Program-made: the position numbers and the translations under genes
The notes under the pieces: model-generated
What the model saw: only the letters and a program-made list of their open reading frames with translations
Database searches by the model: none
What the model was told of the DNA's origin: nothing
NCBI GenBank assembly: GCA_012295275.1
Contig: CM022671.1
Span: forward strand, 22,010,001-22,074,000
Direction of reading: 5' to 3'
Length of the DNA stretch: 64,000 bases
Source: Chrysomallon squamiferum
Taxonomy: Eukaryota > Animalia > Mollusca
Shown: piece after piece, positions 33,756 through 49,003 of the stretch
How positions within the stretch are numbered: position 1 is the stretch's first letter
Layout: each line of letters starts with the position of its first letter

Positions 33756-36700
33756 CAAAATGTTGTTTCAGTGGGTGGAGGCACGTGAAAAGTTCCAATT
33801 GGCTGCAGATTACATTGATGCAGAACAGAGGATGAAGAAAAGCATGTGGGGTCAGTTCTGGTCAGCACATCAGAGATTCTTCAAATATCTCTGCATATCA
33901 GCCAAAGTAGCCAGGTGTGTCCAGTTGGCCAGGGACGCAGTCAAAAATGGAAAGGTAAATCAACCTTAAAAAAAAAAAAAAAAAATTTATGTGTTTATCT
34001 TCATCGCAGAATTTATTTAAATGAATAAATTTGAGAAATTATAACAAGTATTTAATAGTTACAGTAACATTTTTGTGGATAAATATTATTTGTACATATG
34101 TATGTAAAGAAACATGTTGAATACAGATATAATATTTATGCACATGTCCATCCACATATCTTGTACACATCCAAGTGTGGATACATAAAGAATGTATGTT
34201 TACATGTATACATCCATACATATATATGTATACATGTATATTTTCTGTTTCAGTGTGTTGTAATAGGATTGCAGTCAACAGGGGAAGCTCGTACACTAGA
34301 ACAGGTGGAGGAGATGGGAGGTGAACTCAATGATTTTGTCTCAACAGCAAAGTAAGTTTTTCATTTTTTTTATTTTTTTATTTTTACTAAGTTTTAATAA
34401 TAAGCTAGACAGAAATGCTTTCATTATACACTGAATGACATTTCACATTATTGTTTTTAACATTAAATAGTTATTTTATCTTTAAGTGTAAGTTTTAAAA
34501 TGCATTTATTAGCCTGCTTTAAATTAATTTGTTTTTATGTTATGGTTTTATTTTTCAGATGATTGAACTCTGTATTTTAAATAAATAAGTTTATTAGTTT
34601 TCTTCTAAGAGTACTTAAAAAATATATAAAAAATGTACATTTCTTGTTGTTTTTTTTTTTTCACTCAGAGGTGTATTCCAGACATTGGTTGAGAAACATT
34701 TCCCTGCTCCTAACAGAAGAAAAGCTTTTGACATTTTTGGATTAAGCAGTTTCAAAGACAATTCAACTAACAAACGTAAAAGTAAGAAGAAATGTCTTTT
34801 CACAGAACCTTTATTTTAATCTCTTTTATTAAGATCAAATTTTCATTATTATTAAAGTATTTTACTATGATAGAAGATCTCTGTTGTAGATTTTTTGTTT
34901 ATAATTTGTTTATTTTAGAAGAACATTAAGAATTTCAGAAATAATGCTGTTACTGTTATTATAGTGTGTCGACAGTATTTTACATTAAAATGACTATTCC
35001 AGATCTAGATGGTGGATTCAACCCACTAAAGAAACAGAAAACAGATAGCATGGATCCCAACAGTTCAGATAGTTCATCAGACTCCGAGCAAAGTGACCTT
35101 GACATTAGTTTGAGTGATTCCTCGGATTCAGAGAGTGAGATCAACAGTGATAATTCAAATCCATTTGGAGCAGGGTCTGATAGTGATGATGGTGGGCATA
35201 TTTTTTTAATGTATTATTATTATATATTTTTTTATTATTGTTGTTATTATTATTATTATTATCATTGATTTAAAAGGGAGATAAACACATGCAGAGTTTC
35301 AAAGAACAGTTTTGAGTTCATTACTTTCTTCGTCTTTCCTTCTTTGTTCTAATATTTGATAGAAAACATTTTCAGAACAGATGTGTTATCTGTATGTGGA
35401 TATGTAGCCAAGACTGTAGACAACCAACAATTGCTCATTCAAAATAAGTTGAAGTTACTTCAAAGATTCATTCCTTTTTGAGACAACCAAATCAATACAA
35501 AACAAATCAGTGTGATGTTTAATAAATACATATTTCATCACTGGCAGATCCTTGGCTGAAGAAGAAATCCAAAAAGGGCAAACCGAAGGAGAAAAAGAAG
35601 AAAGTTCCAAAAGAGAAAAAGAAGAAGAAGAAATCGAAGAAACACAAGGATGCAGACGAGGATGAGATATTTGATCGACAGCTGGCTAAGGCAGGGTTGT
35701 TGTCTAAAAATGGATTTAATAGTTTAGATTCATCTTCCAATCATGACAGTTTGACAAACAATTCATCATCAAGTCAGTCCTTGTTACCTAGTAAGTTGTA
35801 AAGTGGTTTCATTATTATTATTATTTTCATCATCTGAGAGAGTTGACAGATAGATAGATAGTTGATATTGGTCCATCTTATTGAAAATAATTTTTATGAA
35901 TGAGCGTATCAGGCATATTAAACAGTTACTAATTATGTGTCCATGTGTTATTTCTGTCTTAGGAACAATTTCAGTAAAAGAGTCCTTTTTGTCTTTTGTA
36001 AGAAAGAATTATGGTTTAACTTCAGGTTTTAGTCATTATTTACTGTTATTCCTAAGTCTTAACAAATGTTTTCAGCATCAGATGTGTAAAGTACAATTAA
36101 GTGGCTACAAATAATTCAGGAAAATAAAATAATTTACAGTGGAAAATCTTTAGATAAAGTTAGTTATATTTCAGCATCAGATGTTAAAAATTAAGTGGAT
36201 ACAAATAATTCAGGAAAATAAAATAATTTACGGTGGAAAATCTTTAGATAAAGTCAGTTATATTTAAAAAAAAAAAAACATTCAAAATCTCTGAAAATGC
36301 TGACTTTATTTTAATGATTTCTAATATTGTAAATAAATATTATTTTTATCTGATGTAAAAAATAAATACTGATATAATATTGAAAGACAAAATGAATATA
36401 CTGTGTGTGTAAGTCATTATATATTTACTTATGTGGATTTGTTAATCAGATGAGGACGGCTGGGACAAGGCCCTGTCGATGAAAGCTGATTTGTTAAACA
36501 AGATAGAGGCTCTGGGTGATCAGCTCCCTCCCAACACACTCGATCAGCTCATTGACGAACTGGGTGGACCAGAAAATGTGGCCGAGGTAACAGATTATTG
36601 TTTTTATTCTTTAATATCATCCTCCTTTAGACTATAAGTGATTAAAAACATTTATTTCAAACGTTGCTTAGTTTAGAATGGTGAAAAAATGGAGGAAGCA

Positions 36701-39700
36701 GAATGATAGATTAAAGAGTTGGATAAACATTCACAAATGCATAATATATTGATATATCCATATTAGCAGGATGATGTTGTTCTTTCTTTCTTGGTGTGTG
36801 TTTGTTATTGTTTTTTTTTTTTGTTGATTTAAAATAGATTTAAAAAAACAAAACAACAAGTGTAACCAAAGTTTTTTTAAAAGGTAACATTTTTTCACCT
36901 ATATAAATTATCTATCAAAACAAAATTGTTCTTAAATAACCATAATTTATTTATGTTTTTTTTTTTAAATGAACAGATGACAGGTCGTAAAGGTCGTGTT
37001 GTGTCTAATGATGAAGGAGGTGTGTCCTATGAGTCTAGGAGTGAAGTCGATGTCCCACTGGAAATTCTCAACCTTACAGAAAAACAGCGGTTTATGGATG
37101 GAGAAAAGGTTTTGTTTGTGTTTGTTATGTTATTAAGCTGATACTTAAAGTCAGAACAGGGTTACTGTGTTGCTGCTACTTTATTGGGTGTTAATTTTGT
37201 TTGGAGTTTGATTCTTACAACCATTTTATCTTGTTCTTTATATTATAATTATTTGATTGAAAAAAAAAATGTTATGTAATATTTTCACACAACTTTAAGT
37301 AGCAGGTTCATGAATTTTATTTCTATCTATTTGTTATACAGTTGATGATCATGTAGAAAAATCTTTTAACTTTTTATTTTGTTTAAATCTTTTCATTTAT
37401 TAATTTCTTTACTTAACCTTTTCAGTTATTATTTCATTCCTCCTGGTGTTTTATTTATTTATTATTATTATTATTATTTTTATTTTTTTCATTTCAGTGT
37501 ATTGCCATTATCTCTGAAGCAGCCAGTTCAGGTATTTCCCTTCAAGCTGACAGGAGAGTTATCAACCAGAAACGAAGAGTGCACATAACTCTGGAGTTGC
37601 CATGGAGTGCAGACAGAGCCATCCAGCAGTTTGGTAAGTAAAAATGTTTGGTGATAAAACACTTGATAAACCTGCACTGTATTGATAAAATACTCTGCAT
37701 GAATAAACTTAATTTCATTGACACATAAACTATATCAGATAATAATCAAACATTAAAGATAATTTACATAATGATGGATGAATAATAAAATGTATAAATA
37801 CAAAATTAAAAACAAAAATGTCGTTATTAAATTTTCCTTAAAATACTAATTAAAATAGTGTATGTACATGGCTTAGAGTAACAAGCTTTGTGATGGTCAC
37901 TAACAGTTTTTCCTTCTTCTTAAAAAGCTTAGATACAAATACACATAATGAAACTTGTTTTGTATTCCATTGTATTTCTAGTGGTTTATTTTCAAATCTC
38001 CCATTACACTGTCAGCAGTAATGATTCAAATTTTAAGAAAATTACTTAAATTTTATGTTTTCGAGTGTTGACCGTAATGCTATCATTTGACCTAGGGTTA
38101 TTTTTACATCACATTTTTTGTACTTCAGGTCGAACTCACCGCTCTAACCAGGTGAACGCTCCAGAGTATATTTTCCTGATCTCTGAACTTGCAGGAGAGA
38201 GGAGATTTGCAGCAACAGTGGCAAAGAGACTGGAAAGCTTGGTAAGATAATTTCACACAGTGAGTCTTAGCTTTAGTTTGAAAGAAATTTAACATGCTAG
38301 TCAGGATTCAAGATTGAATGTGTTGAAGGCATTATGTTAGAGAGTTAATAAATTATGTAAGATCAATATTTAATATTTTATCAGTGTTGGTAAAACTCTC
38401 TAGATGTTAATTTAATTGTTAGTTAGAAAAGAAGGAAGTGTGGACATTTTAAGATTTTAGGATTTTAAGAGTAAAACAAGATGCTATGTGACATTGTTCT
38501 AATACAGTTAGTTTTGAAGCATATATATTCTCTATTATGTCTCACTGTTAACCCCTACTGCAGCAATTTCCCAGCTGGCTGGTAAAAAGGCCAAGTAATG
38601 ATGTTGGGAATCTCTCCATTTATTTTAATGAATTTTACAAACTGAATAAACTTACATACAGAATTGTGTATTTTGCCAATTAAGAGCCATTTGTTATTAC
38701 ACACGTGAGGATTCAAAGGTTTAAGTGACTTCTAGAATTTGTATCTTCTAATATAAAACTAATGGCTCATTCTCTGTATCACTGAAAATACTCTTGCAAA
38801 ATCACTTAAGATATGTGTAATTATCCTTAATAAACTGAAAGGGAAAACAGTTGTTTTAAAGATTTCACAGTACTGACTGACTCTCTCTCTCTCAGTGTTT
38901 TATTATTTAACAAATATTAATTGTGTTGTTATTTTAATGATTATTTAGGGAGCTCTAACACATGGAGACAGAAGAGCTACTGAAACTCGCGATCTCAGCA
39001 GATTCAACATTGACAACAAGGTAATGTTATGTCTGTACATATGTATGTGGTGCAGATTTTTGTATGTGTGTTTATGTATTTGTGAGTGTATGTGTGTGCA
39101 TATATGGGTGAGTATGTGTGTGTTTGAATGCAGGTTTAATACATGTTGGTGTGTTCAATTTTTTTTTAGGAAAAGCAATATTTATCTGAGATGCATCAAC
39201 AGTAATCTTATTTTTAATATTGGTAATAATTCAGCAAAAACAGCATCAGTATGTGAAATATTTTACCAGTTTAATTCAGGTTCATCAGTAGTTTTTATGA
39301 AGTCTTTTGCTCAACACTGACTCACTGATTTTTGTTTTTGTTTGACAGTATGGAAGAACAGCTCTAGAAGTCATCATGAAATGTATTTTGAACATCAACG
39401 GAGAAATGCCATTAGTTTCTCAACCCAGCAACTACCCTGGCAATTTCTTTGAAGGTAAACAAAATCTACAAAACGAATTACAGATAATATTTAGTCAACA
39501 TTTCAGACATAGTTTTTAAAATATCTGACCCCCTGTTTATTGTTTTATCTTTTAACAAATAATAAATTCAGAAATACTGACAGCAAATTAGATTTTTTTT
39601 TTTTTTTTTTTTTTTTAAATATGACTAAAATCATTTTCATTCATAAGTTACAAAAAAAAAAAAAAAAAAAGAAGTAAATTAATAAATATATATTCTCAAA

Positions 39701-40253
39701 TGTAAAGATGTTTATAATTTCTAATAATTTTTTATTATTATTTTTTTTTTTCTAGATGCCAAAAGAAGTTTGGTGGGTGTAGGAATGGTCACTATTCAGG
39801 AGCATTCAGGTTACTCCAATCTTGAAAAAGGTAATTACGCATTTTAATAATTTGGTTATAATAAATATTAACATTAATGTTATTAGCTGATGTTATTGTA
39901 TAGAATATATTCATATTTTTCAGTATGTTAAAAAAAACTGAAAAAGTAAAATAACTGAATAAAAATAAACTTCAAAGAGAATAATATTTAGAAATACTGC
40001 CACTGTCTCATAATTGGCATATCATAGTTATGGTATTTGCTGTTGCATGAAAGATTTCAGATAAAAGATACTTTGCTGTTACAGTAACCATCCAGTGGAG
40101 TTTTCTCTGAAGATTGTTTGACATTCACAATGTTAGAAAACAATTGAAGTCCTCTTGTGATGTTGTTAACAAATTAAAATTATTTAATGTTATTTATTAA
40201 GATTATTGCTACTATTACTATTACAGTTATTATTATTACTATTACTATTATTA

Positions 40254-40309
<56 letters not shown>

Positions 40310-42494
40310 GTCATTATTATTACTGTTACTACTACTATTATAGTTATTACTATTATTACTATTACTATTGCTTTTACTATTATTATTACTGTTATTATTA
40401 TTTAATTAATTAATTTTATTTATTTATTTATTTATTACTGTTGTATTATTTTTATTTTTATTTTTATTTTTTTATATTTATTTTTATTTTTTTCAGATTA
40501 CAACAACATAAGCAAGTTTTTGAACAGAATTCTTGGGATGAAGGTTACCATACAAAACGCCTTGTTCAGCTACTTCACAGAGACCCTTACCACTATTATT
40601 CTTGAGGCCAAAAGAAATGGCCGGTGGGACATGGGAATTCTTGGTATGTTTTGTTAAAATTTCAATTTTAGAATATTTTAAGTTCTTTGTTTTTTGATAT
40701 TAAGAGAAGATTCATTTTTATTTTATTAGTGTTGTTTTTTCATTTGTTTTTTTTTCTCTTATTCACTATAAAACCATATTACGTAACTCTGAAATTATTA
40801 AAGGTAAACATTTTTTATTCTGTTGTAAAGATTGATATATAAAAAAAATGTCTGTTCAAAATTTATTATAAAATGCTTCCTAAAAGAATTTCCAAACTTT
40901 TATCACATTAAGTATTCAATTTTTTTTACCTTCTGTTGCATATTTCAACAAAATACTTCAATCTTAAAGATAATGACAACAAATCTCAAGAGAATTGATT
41001 TCCTAGAAGGAAAGCTTAAAGTTTTTAGCAGTGGTCCCAGAACAGTAATTACATGCTTCTAACTGGTTTGTTTTATTTCATTTATTTTTTTATTTATTTT
41101 TATTTATTTATTTAAATATTTTTATTTATTTATTTATTTATTTATTTAAAAAAAATATTAAAAATTTAATATTATTTGAACATTGATTTTTCAGATCTTG
41201 GATCAGGGCAGGAAAGAGTTCACAAACTTGAAACTCAGACATTCCTTGGCAACACAGCAACCAACACAGCCAAAACAGAACTTACCACAGTATGTACTTT
41301 ATTTCATTAACAATGACTTGCCCTTGTACAGTCAGTTAAAATACAGTACTCCAGAAAATTATAAGAGAATATTTCATAAATACAAATGTCTGATTTTGTC
41401 TATTTTTTACAAGTTATTGACTGTTTACTTACACTTTATTTTTAATTTCATTGCTATTTATAACATTATTATTATTATTATACAATTAATGCATTATTTG
41501 AATATTGTATGTTCTTGATAACTGTTTAGACAGAGAACAAATGCTTGAAGTTTGATTAAACTTAGGCTATTTATTTTAAAAATTTAAATAATAACAGTTT
41601 TGATTTACATATTAAAATGTATTCAGTATTTTGATTAAATTTTATGCAGTTATTGTTAAAAAAAAAAAAATTAAAAACAAATGAGACAAAAGAAATTTAA
41701 ATTTGACTTTGATTTATGACAGATTTCTGTGGAACGTGGAATGTCGTGGCTGTCTGCTACAGATTTGTGGAGAAAGTGTTCTGGAACAGAAGAAGGATTC
41801 TATCTCTCACTTCAGGTTCAATGATTTCTTCTTTTATATTTCCACTCCAACCCAAATTCAGTTTACATAATAATAATATTTGTTACCTAGCAGAGTTGGC
41901 AAAAATTAATTTTTGTTATGTCGCCTTCAGTACTAACTAACAGTATTATTTATAATAGTTTTTAAAAAGTGTGAATGATGTTTATGGTAACTTAAGTGTC
42001 TTCTTAGTTCATGAGAAGGAATGAAGTCTGTTCTGGTACATAGGCAGGTGTTTTGATGTAAAAAATCTAAAAATAAATGTGTGTTAGTTTGTGGATTTTT
42101 TCAACAGTATGTTTCGTATATTAATCATAATTTTATTAATACAATAAAAAATATAAAAAATTAAAGCCCACCACCAAAGACACCAAACAAACAAAAAAAA
42201 TCATTTGTTTTGATTTTGATTGATTTATTTATTATTATTATCATTATTATTATTATTATTTTTAATTAGGAGAGAAACTTGAAAAAGACGTGTGTGTTGA
42301 TTGTTCAACAAGGCAAGAACAAGAAACATGAGAAGCTGTATAACGTCTACCGTCCAAACACAGGACTTCAGCCTCGCTGTGAGACTTTGGAGGAGATCAG
42401 AAAGAAATATAAAAAGGTACTGTTTGTTTTACATGCAGGATTTTTTTTTTTTTTTTTTTAAAGAAACCAGTGTGTGAAAGAGAGTGTTTTTATG

Positions 42495-42538
<44 letters not shown>

Positions 42539-43229
42539 TGTGAGTGAGTGAGTGAGTGAGTGTGTGTACGTGGTTATTTATATAGATATATGAGTGTGTG
42601 TATATCGATGTATATTTTGTGTATATGGGACAGAGTAAATGTTAAATTTACAAAGTCTTACTATGACAATAGGTTAAACGAAGAATGTATTTGTACTTAG
42701 GATTTTTATATTCATTTATAAGAAAATGTGTAAGTTTTTTGTATATATCATTATATGCATATACAAGAGTGTTTTAGATTAATGTACATATGAAAGAATG
42801 TAAAGAGAAATGTGTTTATTTTGGTCTGTATGTTTGCATGTATACACATATACAGAGACACACACACACACACACACACACAGATAGATAGATGTAAGGA
42901 TTCTAGGTTTATTATTTAAATATTGTTGTATAATCTGTTACAGGTTTTGCCGGACGAGGCCCAGACTTGGTGGGATGATCAGTACTATTTGTCAGCTACT
43001 AACTGCAGTCATGCTTACTGGTATGTCAGTTACTAGATAATTCTTACTGTGAGAATCTCCTACAACTACTTTGTAACTGTTTTATTGTTGTTACTGGTGG
43101 GATGATAAGTATTGTTTGTCAGCTATAAATTGTAATAATTCTTACTGTTATGTTGGTTATTGTATAATTTTTACTTTCAAATTAGTTTATAACCCATCTT
43201 TTTTTTTTATTGGTTTATTATTGTTTTTA

Positions 43230-43294
<65 letters not shown>

Positions 43295-44100
43295 GTTACT
43301 GTTGTCTAGGAGAGGTAACTGTCGCAGAGCAAGTTTAGGTCTGCCGTGTGAGATTGGTCTCCGAACTCGGACGTACCATGTGCTCAGTGGGTCTGTGCTG
43401 AGTGTGTGGAGCAAAGTGGAGAGTGTCCTGGCCTCCATGCCTGGAGCCTCTGGGTCCAAGATGCAGATCATCAGACTGAAAACTGACGATGGCCAGAGAA
43501 TTGTTGGTAAGTTGTGGTCACACAAATCCTAGTGGTTTTTTTTTTTTTTTATACTTTGTTGTTTCATTGGTTAGGATGCTGGAATGAGTTATTGTAGCTT
43601 ACAGAACCATCTGTCTTTAGTGCATCTATAGACTATCATGTCTTTGTTTTTGTTTGTATTGGTAACCAGACTTTGCTAATAATAAAGGCTAAAATAAAGT
43701 TTGTTAGATTATCTGGAGACTGATGTTTTTATGTCATTTCAAACCAAGAAATATTATCCATTCAGCAAATGTTTGCAAAATTGCTGTATCTGTGTATCAG
43801 AGATTTCTAAAATATCAGCCTGCCCTGCCTACATTTTAGTGAAATGTAATTGTACAAAAATACATTCATACATTCATACATTGATATATAAAAAAAAAAG
43901 ATCAAATCAGAATTTAAGATGGGGTTGTAATTTCAGAACATTTTTTTTTTTTTTTTTCTGTTACAGGCAGTCTAATTCCAGGCAATTGTGTCAAAGCTCT
44001 GATATCCATTCTGTCACAAGACTCGGCCAAGACATACATAGAGAAACACGAAGTGCCTGATGATTCACCAGCACCTTTAAGTATGCCAATGTTGTTCTGA
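26210..44100 (+). CDS. SBNO1: Protein strawberry notch homolog (SBNO1-like, DExH-like helicase-related nuclear protein), 30 coding exons
   Basis: Exons: 26210-26227 (tentative), 27079-27201 ([13 protein letters not shown]), 27769-27873, 28332-29247 (one extra base), 29912-30026 ([11 protein letters not shown]), 30333-30542, 31122-31206 ([11 protein letters not shown]), 31611-31701, 32063-32224, 32800-33041 ([11 protein letters not shown]), 33420-33573, 33772-33954 ([13 protein letters not shown]), 34254-34351, 34669-34781, 35003-35191, 35548-35790, 36450-36586, 36977-37108, 37498-37633 ([14 protein letters not shown]), 38129-38241 (RTHRSNQ), 38949-39020, 39349-39454, 39756-39830, 40497-40643, 41195-41289, 41723-41815, 42270-42416, 42944-43020, 43310-43506, 43967-44100 (TGA). 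Phases join in frame, and long stretches are near-identical to vertebrate SBNO1 as I recall it. Confidence 0.97.
32225..32799 (+). other. U12-type (minor spliceosome) GT-AG intron in SBNO1
   Basis: 5' splice site GTATCCTTG. Branch site TCCTTGAC at 32782-32789, ~10 nt before the AAG acceptor. No polypyrimidine tract. Removal joins DFDGC|IVFDECH in phase 0. Confidence 0.92.
36070..36265 (+). repeat. Tandem duplication of a ~98-bp unit in SBNO1 intron 16
   Basis: tcagcatcagatgt...aattaagtgg.tacaaataattcaggaaaataaaataatttac.gtggaaaatctttagataaagt.agttatatt occurs twice back to back. Confidence 0.9.
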
Positions 44101-45386
44101 CAGATGCTAAGAATTCACGCTTGAGAATCGCCTGTTTATCATTGCCATGGTAATTCAGAAGTCAGAAAGAAACATTCAGAATTCATCTCCAGGATAGTCC
44201 AGATGGAGTGTAATGTATTTTTGTGATGGATACCTTAAAAATTCATTTCTTTTTGGAGTTTGAGAATTTCAAGTTACTGATGGTTAAAATGGCGTAAGTA
44301 CCGCCAGATTGAAATGGAGATGGAAGAACATTAACAGTTTATTTGTGCAGTTTCTTCTAAGCATCAAATTGAAAAAATCATGATATAAAATATGGTGTGA
44401 TGAATCCAATGAAAGAACTGAGAAGATAACTAGAAAACTGCCAGTGGTATAGCCCAGTTGTTTTGACATTTTTAAAATGAGCATTCAGAATTCAGACGGA
44501 GATTTGACATTTCAGTGTAAAAAAAAAAAAAAAAAAAAAAACTTTACTTATTTCTAACACAAAAATCACCATAATGAATAATTTCACAGAGATAAAGATT
44601 TAAGAAGAATAATAATAAGAATTGATGATAATGTGAAAAAAAATTTTTGATGAGTATTGTGTTTATAACATGCAGCACTGGATTCAGATACCCTGCCACT
44701 GCCAGGCACTTTTTTAACATGACTTTAACTTTGCATCAACTGAAGCGTGAAAAACACCTTGTACAGACCACAATTTTAAATTTGCAATTCATTGTTTCCA
44801 GTTGGCAATATTCTGACATTACATTTCTTGTGATTTGTTTTGTACCTGAAAGCATTACTACAAGACTACAACAGAATGGAAAAAAGAAGAAAAAAAAAAA
44901 GAAGTTTGTGCAGAGAGTATTATACTAAGTTATGATGGGATTTTTTTTTCTTTCTTGAGTTTTTAATCAGTTATGATAAGCAGAAAAGGAAAGAGATCTA
45001 AATGTTCTGTCACAGTCCAGAGAGTGGTCATTGTATCTAGTCAGATTAGTTCTTTTATAACTTCAGAATCTCCATTCTCTCTTCAGTCACATTCTTGATG
45101 TTGAGGAAACAACTGTATTCAAAGCTGAGCAGAAATGATTTTTATTTTCATCAAAGTGTTCAAGTATAACTTTTGTTCATCCATTTTGATAAAAGCATTT
45201 TTGTTTCCAAAACAACCACTCTTTGGTGTTAATGATGCCATTTCAATTTATACAGCTTATGATTCTTTGTTTTACTTTTTTTTTTTTCTTTTTTTTTTCT
45301 TTTTTTAAACCAGTTTTAAAATAAGATCAGTCATTTGAAAATCAGGACTGAAGTACCAATAATGTTCAGTTTTTTCTTTCTAACAT

Positions 45387-45431
<45 letters not shown>

Positions 45432-46487
45432 TCATTTTGATACATAAAGATTTCAAGGATCCAAAACAGAAATCAAATTTTTCTTTTTAAATGAATTAAT
45501 ATTGTAATTTGTTAATTTTCAGCAAAGATGTTTGTGTTATAAGCAGGATTAGACATAAAATACAGCTTTAACAAGGAGGATACACAAACATCCGTTCACT
45601 GTTTATATAGTTTGTTTCTATACATAATAGCCAGAATGTGCTTCCATACTCCAGATGCAAAAAAACGGGATGATGTTTTTATGTAATTCTGGATTGACAT
45701 TAAACAGGATGATAATGATGATGACAAAACTTCGCTGAAACTTTTCAGACGAGGATTGATAAATTATTTATTATGTAATCTGTGTGTATTTGTGTCCAAT
45801 AATTTGGAAGAAAAGCGAAAAGTTTTATTATGAATATGCTGGGGTTACTATCAAGTGAAAAATTAATTCTGATTTGTTAAAAAAACAAAAAAAAAAACAC
45901 AAAATTTATCCAAAAAAAAAGAAGATAAAATGAAATAAATTTAAAACAAACAAAATCATTCGGGAAAGAAAGATTTATTTCCCTTGTGTGTGGTTTTCAT
46001 AAAAAGAAGAAAAGGAAAGTGTTTCTGTTAACAGTTTACTGGTGATGTTTACATTTCGCAGTACTAGAACTTTTGAATAAGAATGTATGTCTGTTTAAAG
46101 TGGGAACAAGAACAAAAGAATAGTAGTAAATAACATTAAAAATATATATATATATATATATATATTTTGACATCCCTATAGATGCACCCCATGTCTTTCA
46201 GTAATAATGATGTTGTAATCTACATTCCTTATGGATTTTTGTGCCTCCCAAGACATTTGATATAAACTTAACAAGCAAACTGTTCAGAAGTCTGTGATTA
46301 TAACTACAAAAAAAAAAAAAAAAAAAAAAAAAATTCTTCTGACCAATTGATGTTATTCTACATATCTGTAATCATTTGACATTTCCACATTAATCACTGG
46401 CATATGTATTTTCAGATATTATGTTTTATTAAATTATTAAATTATGTATTAGGATGATTATCATTATATTTGTCTTGTTGTTTTGTG

Positions 46488-46516
46488 ATTATTATTATTA
46501 TTATTATTATCATTAA

Positions 46517-46591
<75 letters not shown>

Positions 46592-46625
46592 AATTAAAAT
46601 TATTATTATTATTATTATTATTATT
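46488..46625. repeat. (ATT)n microsatellite
   Basis: Long trinucleotide run; similar tracts at 16187-16251, 25990-26044, 40210-40400, 43233-43293, 48805-48955 and 51355-51416. Confidence 0.95.
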
Positions 46626-48800
46626 GCTGTTGTTATTATTGCATTCACATCCAATGACTGGTTATAGAATATTTGCTGTGTCTTTGTGTAATTTGTATTT
46701 CAGTTTAGGAAAATGTATAAATGTATATGATTGAATGAGTGACTAAACACAAATTATGTCAGAGGAAATAGTAACAACATTCATTTAAATATTCATGATT
46801 GTATTCCTGTGTTGGCGTATTTTATTGTGATGGGGATTTAAAGTATTTTATTTTACTATTATTATTATTTTTTTTTTTAATAGCTAAGAATTAAAAAACA
46901 ATTCTTGAAACTATAACAGAGGTTGTTAGGTCTTTTTACTGTCTTAGTTTGATTTTGAAAAATATTCAGTTGACATAAAATAGAAATAATATTTGTAATT
47001 AATGGAATATGATAGAAAAATGAAATCTACAGCAGTTACAGTTGACATGTTTTTAACTGTGTATTCTAAATTAAAAAAAACCTTTTTTTTTTTTTTTTTT
47101 TTTTTTGGCCATGACAATATTAAAAGAACTGAAACAAATATGTACCCAGAAAAAAAAATTACATAGTGTGCCTTATCTGAATCTATATATATATTTTTTT
47201 TTTTTATTTTTTTTTTTTGTTATTTTTAAAATTATTTTATTTATTGTAAGACTTCTCTTGGGTTTCCAAATTTTAAGTTGTTCTTGATATAGTTATGAAA
47301 GAAAGCTAACCACAATTCAAATAACCATTTATTTACAATTTATTTTTTTACATCCTTCTCTTTTGTATTATAATAATTAATTTAGTTAAAATTAAGTTAA
47401 ATTACCAGATTTTAAATTGTTAATTTCAGATATACTTTTGCTTGTGTGTTTGTGTGTGTATATATGTAGAGTTTTGGGGTTGATTTTTTCTGACTATTCA
47501 ATCTTGTGTGTGGGAATCACATCATAAATTTTCATTCTGCACAAATCTTTTGTAAAAACATCATCATTATTATGTAGGTAAACTTGTTAATCAGAGATAA
47601 ATCTAACTTCTCTTTGCTGCAGGCAACTTATGCTCAGTTGCAATAATAATCCCCATTTGCAATCCAATCGCAATGCTTTGACAATCCTTGGATTCCTAAT
47701 ACATGTAGTGTCTGATTATGGCTAAGACAACATAAAATATAGTATTATAAATACTTACATCTGCTATAATTCAGTGGGATAGTAAATATGCAGAATCTGT
47801 CTCCATTTTTTCTATGTAATGTTGGAAGTTTTTTTTAATTGTTTTTAAAGGGGATGTTTATTTTATTAATTTTTTTTTTTTTTATCAGATACTAGTTGTT
47901 TTATTTTTCCTTAGTTTTAGTCACATTATGCAAAATTACAAACAAAAATATTGAAATTAATAGAATTAAATATTCAGCCGCCAGAAGCCATTCCATATTA
48001 GTTTCAAACTCAAGTTTTTGACAGATTTAAAACTAAATACATCATATACTATGATATTATATATATATTGTTAGTTTTTTTGTATGTTACTTCCTTTTGA
48101 GAGAGGTTTTATTTTTGTTTGTTTATTTATTGTTTTCAAAAGACATGTAATTTGATAACAGCAATGGTTTTTTGCTGGAAAGGTAAACAATGATTTCAAT
48201 AAATATGGTGTAATTTTTGTTTCATACATGGTATCACAGAACTTCAGCAGATTTTCATAGTTTTATATAATATATGTATTTTCTTTAATGTGTATCTAAA
48301 ATACGAGATTTCTGTAATTACTTCCTTCAGGGTAAAACAGAACAGTAACTTGTCCTTTTTACTATTTATTTGTTTATTTATTTGTTTATTTATTATTATT
48401 ATTATCATTATTATTTTAATTATTTATTATTATTGGTTGCTGTGGTTGTGTGTGTATTCTAAAAAATTTTTTATTTTTAACATAATGCTGTATTTCAGTA
48501 AAATAAGGTAAACAGTTATATACTTATTTGCTGTATGTTCTTTCTAATTTCTTTTGCTGCATTAAGTATGTTAAGGGATTGTTTGTACACTTAAAATTTA
48601 CCTATGTAACAATTTATTTTGAGCAAAGTATGTTTTTAAAAATTTTGTTTTATTATTAATATTTAGATTATTATTATTATTACTATTATTATTTTTTTTT
48701 TTTTTTTTTTTTTTGCAATGTTATAATTTATTATTAAGGTACATATGTTACATCAACAATTTCCTTAGAGATTTTGTGATTTTTTAAATATTTATTATTG

Positions 48801-48870
<70 letters not shown>

Positions 48871-48913
48871 TACTACTACTACTACTACCACTATTCCTAT
48901 TAATTCTGTCATA

Positions 48914-48962
<49 letters not shown>

Positions 48963-48969
48963 TATTTAT

Positions 48970-49003
<34 letters not shown>

